64,000 nucleotides of DNA from Tubulanus polymorphus (Eukaryota > Animalia > Nemertea). The stretch spans positions 24,204,560 to 24,268,559 of the forward strand of contig NC_134027.1 of NCBI RefSeq assembly GCF_964204645.1, given 5' to 3'. Below the pieces are notes generated by a model, which was not told the DNA's origin, ran no database searches, and saw only the letters and a list, made by a program, of their open reading frames with translations. Below, piece by piece: positions 60,640-64,000 of this stretch. How positions within the stretch are numbered: position 1 is the stretch's first letter; each line of letters starts with the position of its first letter. Made by a program: the position numbers and the translations under genes.

Positions 60640-62736
60640 ATGTTTTGTTTGTATGAATTGTTACAGGTATGTATCGCGTCGTTTGGTATTGTTTGGGCAG
60701 ACGATCAGGATAATGAGTGCTCGGATAATCTCGGTTGGATTCGGCGAGTTGAAGTTTCCGAGTACGAACCACGAAAACCGTTCGTCATATCAGTCACCGC
60801 TGATACGAGCCTGGAATTAGAAACCCACTGGTATATTCGGTTTTCCGAACGAGAAGTGCTGATCACCAATACGGGTAAATTAGTCCATATACGTATACGT
60901 ATATACCAGAAATACTTATCTAAATAAGTCGCAATCATAAATAACATCGTCCGGCGTCCTGTAAACCACTGATAATTAATAAAACTGATGAAATTTCTGT
61001 AGTATAAAAGGAAAAAAGAAACTTAGTTATTTCGTTTCTTATACTTTCGATTTTCAGCAGATCAGGAGGTGTGAGTCTCAGTATGATGCGAAGGTCTCTG
61101 AATTTACATTTCCAGATGCTGGAGATGATGATGGATACGGTAAAATATCTCAACAAACTTCGGGCTCGTCAACAACAGCGCGTTTAGAAGTCGAATCAGC
61201 CCCAGAAACACTAGAAAAAATAGCAACGTACCGACTGATGCTAATACTGACTGGCTGCCAAACATACACCATACATGTCATGGTAGATGCCGGTAAAATG
61301 GCAATCGTGCGCGATATCCCGTTGGGTAGAGCTACCGGGTCTCCGGAGACAATAGTGCTGGAAGATACAGTCGATGGTACGGTGACGTTACAGCGACGCT
61401 TGACGTTCGATGTCACTGAAGCGGCCCCGCAATTCTCACGCAGTAAGGCCAGTGAAGGCATCGTGAGTGCCACGTCTGAAGACTGGTACAAATCATTAGA
61501 TAACGACGGTAAAGAAGCGGACCATTACAGTCCGAACTTGATCGACAATCACGGAACGTATAACAAATGGATCGACGATCTGACCTACGAGGCGAAGATG
61601 GTCGTTAAACTGAACGCAACAGATGAAAATACCGGCGAATACTGCGCATCAGCCCCATACTTGGATTTAGGCGTCGACAAAGTAGTTGAGATTTACACTT
61701 CCATGTGTTCACTCATGACCGAGAGAAGCGATTTCGGAAAGATCAAAAATGTAATGGTATATGCACCTCCGTTAGACCAGGATATATGGCACATCAAAAT
61801 TGACGCTCTGGAGAAGTTTGGTGTAGTACCTATCAGCCATAAAGAGAAGACCATTGTCACTGTATTCACCGTCGCTTATCCGAGTCCTTATATTCTGATG
61901 ACGAGCAAAAATGGTCAATTCGTAAAACCAGTTTCGACGATTCGCGCGAATAGCTTTCTCGAATCCTATTTTGAAGTGGATGGAAGCCAGTCGGCGATTT
62001 TCGAGGATCAGTGGAAGTTGGACGTCGGTTATCGAAATTCGATTCAAACGAAAGCGATCAAATTCGCGAAGTTCGAACCGATTACATTCATTTCAAACAA
62101 ACAAATGACGAGATTTGTGTTCGATGCGACTAGCAAGAAACAGGTAACATATTCTAAAATAGTTCTTGATCGAGTGTATTTGTTGGTACCTGCGAAATAC
62201 TAATTCTGGACTCCTTCTTATTGGTGAATTGCACCTTTTTTGGTAAAAGATTGAAAATTACTGTATTTATTTTCTTATTCAACTGTCGTATAACATTATG
62301 GATCCTATCATGCTTGGTTCTAGTTAGTTACCTAAATCGTTGGTGTGGTAGGTTTAAAATAATCGGGTGGTTTTTGAAAATATTCGATCGTGGAACTATT
62401 AAACACAGCACTGGGTCCTGACTTGTTTTGATCTTATGTTTATTGATGTTATAGGTAACGTTGAACTGCGATGCCACCGGATATCCGCTACCAGAAATCC
62501 GTTTCTACAAAACACTCAGAATGAATGGTTTGCAAAACTTCGAAAAGAAATCCACCGAGATTAAATCGACGGGTAACAAGAAGGTGGTCATATCTCGTCA
62601 ACCGACGCGGGTTATGGCTCGTTTGGTGATCACGTCACCGACAGCAGCTGACGTAGGCGGCAGGTATTCACAGTACACCTGTCGCGCTAAAAACGAATAC
62701 ATGGAAAAATTTGGCTTTATGACGCTGGAAAACTAG
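60640..62736 (+). CDS. Secreted multi-immunoglobulin-like-domain protein (~514 aa, 3-exon model)
   Basis: Exons 60640-60874 (MFCLYELLQVCIASFGIVWA signal-like; an upstream in-frame ATG lies at 60568), 61116-62143 (phase 1 acceptor atttccag; beta-rich, ...LNATDENTGEYCAS..., ...VAYPSP...) and 62455-62736 (VTLNCDATGYPLPEI...YTCRAKN*). No transmembrane segment. Confidence 0.72.
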
Positions 62737-63763
62737 ATCAGGATGTACGGACGGAAAATTTTTTTAGTAATCCAGAATTGGAATAAATATGTGTGTTTTC
62801 TTTTCTACGCATTTCTCAGCGAAACTATACATAACAGTTAACGTAAAATTTACTTTCGATTTTTGACGCTATTTCCAAAGAGTATATACTCTTTGGAAAT
62901 GGTGTCATGTAAAACTTGAAATAATGCATCGAAAAGCGGTCTATAATAAACTCTTACGGTAACTGGAAACGTTCAGGCCCTTAGATGATATATTCGTTCA
63001 ATCGTATACTATTTTGGTTCTGTCATTCCTTCGGAATAAAACTAACGTTAAGAAGACTATGTAAAATTTACGAAAAAAAATCTTATTTCCGTCATGAGTT
63101 TTCGTTTTCTCACATTTTTTTCTCACGATTTTTTGTAAATGTAAAATATCAGATACGTATACGTGATTGCGGAGGATACGTTAATTCGAATGTGAATTTT
63201 GACTGATAACGACAACATATTTAGGGCTATACTTTGGAAAATAACCTCTAATTACGATAAACATTACGGAGTGATATGTTAAATGTTGCAATTACCTATA
63301 CGCGGAAAGACAAAACATTTCATTATTTATGATTTTGGCTTGTTTATACACGTTTCTGTCTGGCAGTTTCACACGTAGTGTAGTCACCATGGAGGGGAAG
63401 CTAAGTTTGACATTTCTTACGTTCATGGTGAGTAAATATATCTTTGTTCGATTTAGAAATGTGAATGACGACGCTTTTGTTGATATTCTGAAATGTATCA
63501 TCGACACATTTGTTGTGAACATAGGCCTGTTCCATGTTTTAAGCTTATACTTAGACCAGTCTAAATTCGCCCCGGCCCAATTTGGATCGGACCAAGCGCT
63601 TACACCTGAAAAGCGTCGGTTCCAAATTGGTCTGGTCCATTTCAGACCGGTTTAATTTGGAACGACCCAAAAGAGCGAATCAGGTCGCGTTCCAAATTTT
63701 GGAACTGACTAAATCTCTGTGGTATATATGTATCAAACCCCGTCAATGATTCGTAATCAAGCT

Positions 63764-64000
63764 GATCGATAGTTTTTTGATTTCATATAATTTCTATGTT
63801 GCCTGAAAATTAATGTATCGGCTTATAGATTATCATTTATCGTGTATTGCTCGCGGTGTTTTTTTATTGTTCTGAAAATAACCTAGAATTTATCATAGAT
63901 TACGAGGTGTCCAGATCGATAGTTTTTTGATTTCATATAATTTCTATGTTGCCTGAAAATTAATGTATCGGTTTATAGATTATCATTTATCGTGTATTGC
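63764..64000. repeat. 150-bp tandem duplication running off the window end, within a Harbinger-like TE starting ~63540
   Basis: gatcgatagttttttgatttcatataatttctatgttgcctgaaaattaatg at 63764 and 63914. Confidence 0.75.

Noticed and set aside
61058-61115. NAGNAG acceptor at 61058/61061 as the start of Ig-gene exon 2
   Set aside because: It is phase 0 in the long frame, incompatible with the phase-1 donor at 60874; the 61116 acceptor fits. It could still be used with another donor.

Overview
Eukaryotic, intron-rich, AT-rich invertebrate animal genomic DNA (gene content suggests a lophotrochozoan; the species cannot be determined). It is not prokaryotic, so most entries in the ORF track are spurious or are single exons. 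From left to right: the last exons and long 3'UTR of a filamin gene (+); a 3-exon minus-strand gene reconstructed here for a secreted PAN/Apple + poly-Ser + LamG/ConA-like protein, whose ~12 kb first intron holds nested transposons; an intronless FMRFamide-receptor-like class A GPCR (+); an internally deleted BEL/Pao LTR retrotransposon (LTRs, tRNA-His PBS, 5-bp TSD) inserted into a LINE 3' fragment; a complete 17-exon DNAJC2 (MPP11/zuotin) gene; five small, secreted, strongly cationic single-WSC-domain genes built by a ~6.4 kb tandem duplication plus one inverted copy, flanked by B-box-containing minisatellites; LINE debris and a long-TIR element; and a secreted multi-Ig protein gene preceded by an orphan duplicate of its last exon. 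The window also has many MITEs, a solo LTR and Penelope-type minimal hammerhead ribozyme motifs. All exon coordinates were derived by hand from GT-AG sites and reading-frame phase; no database searches were run.
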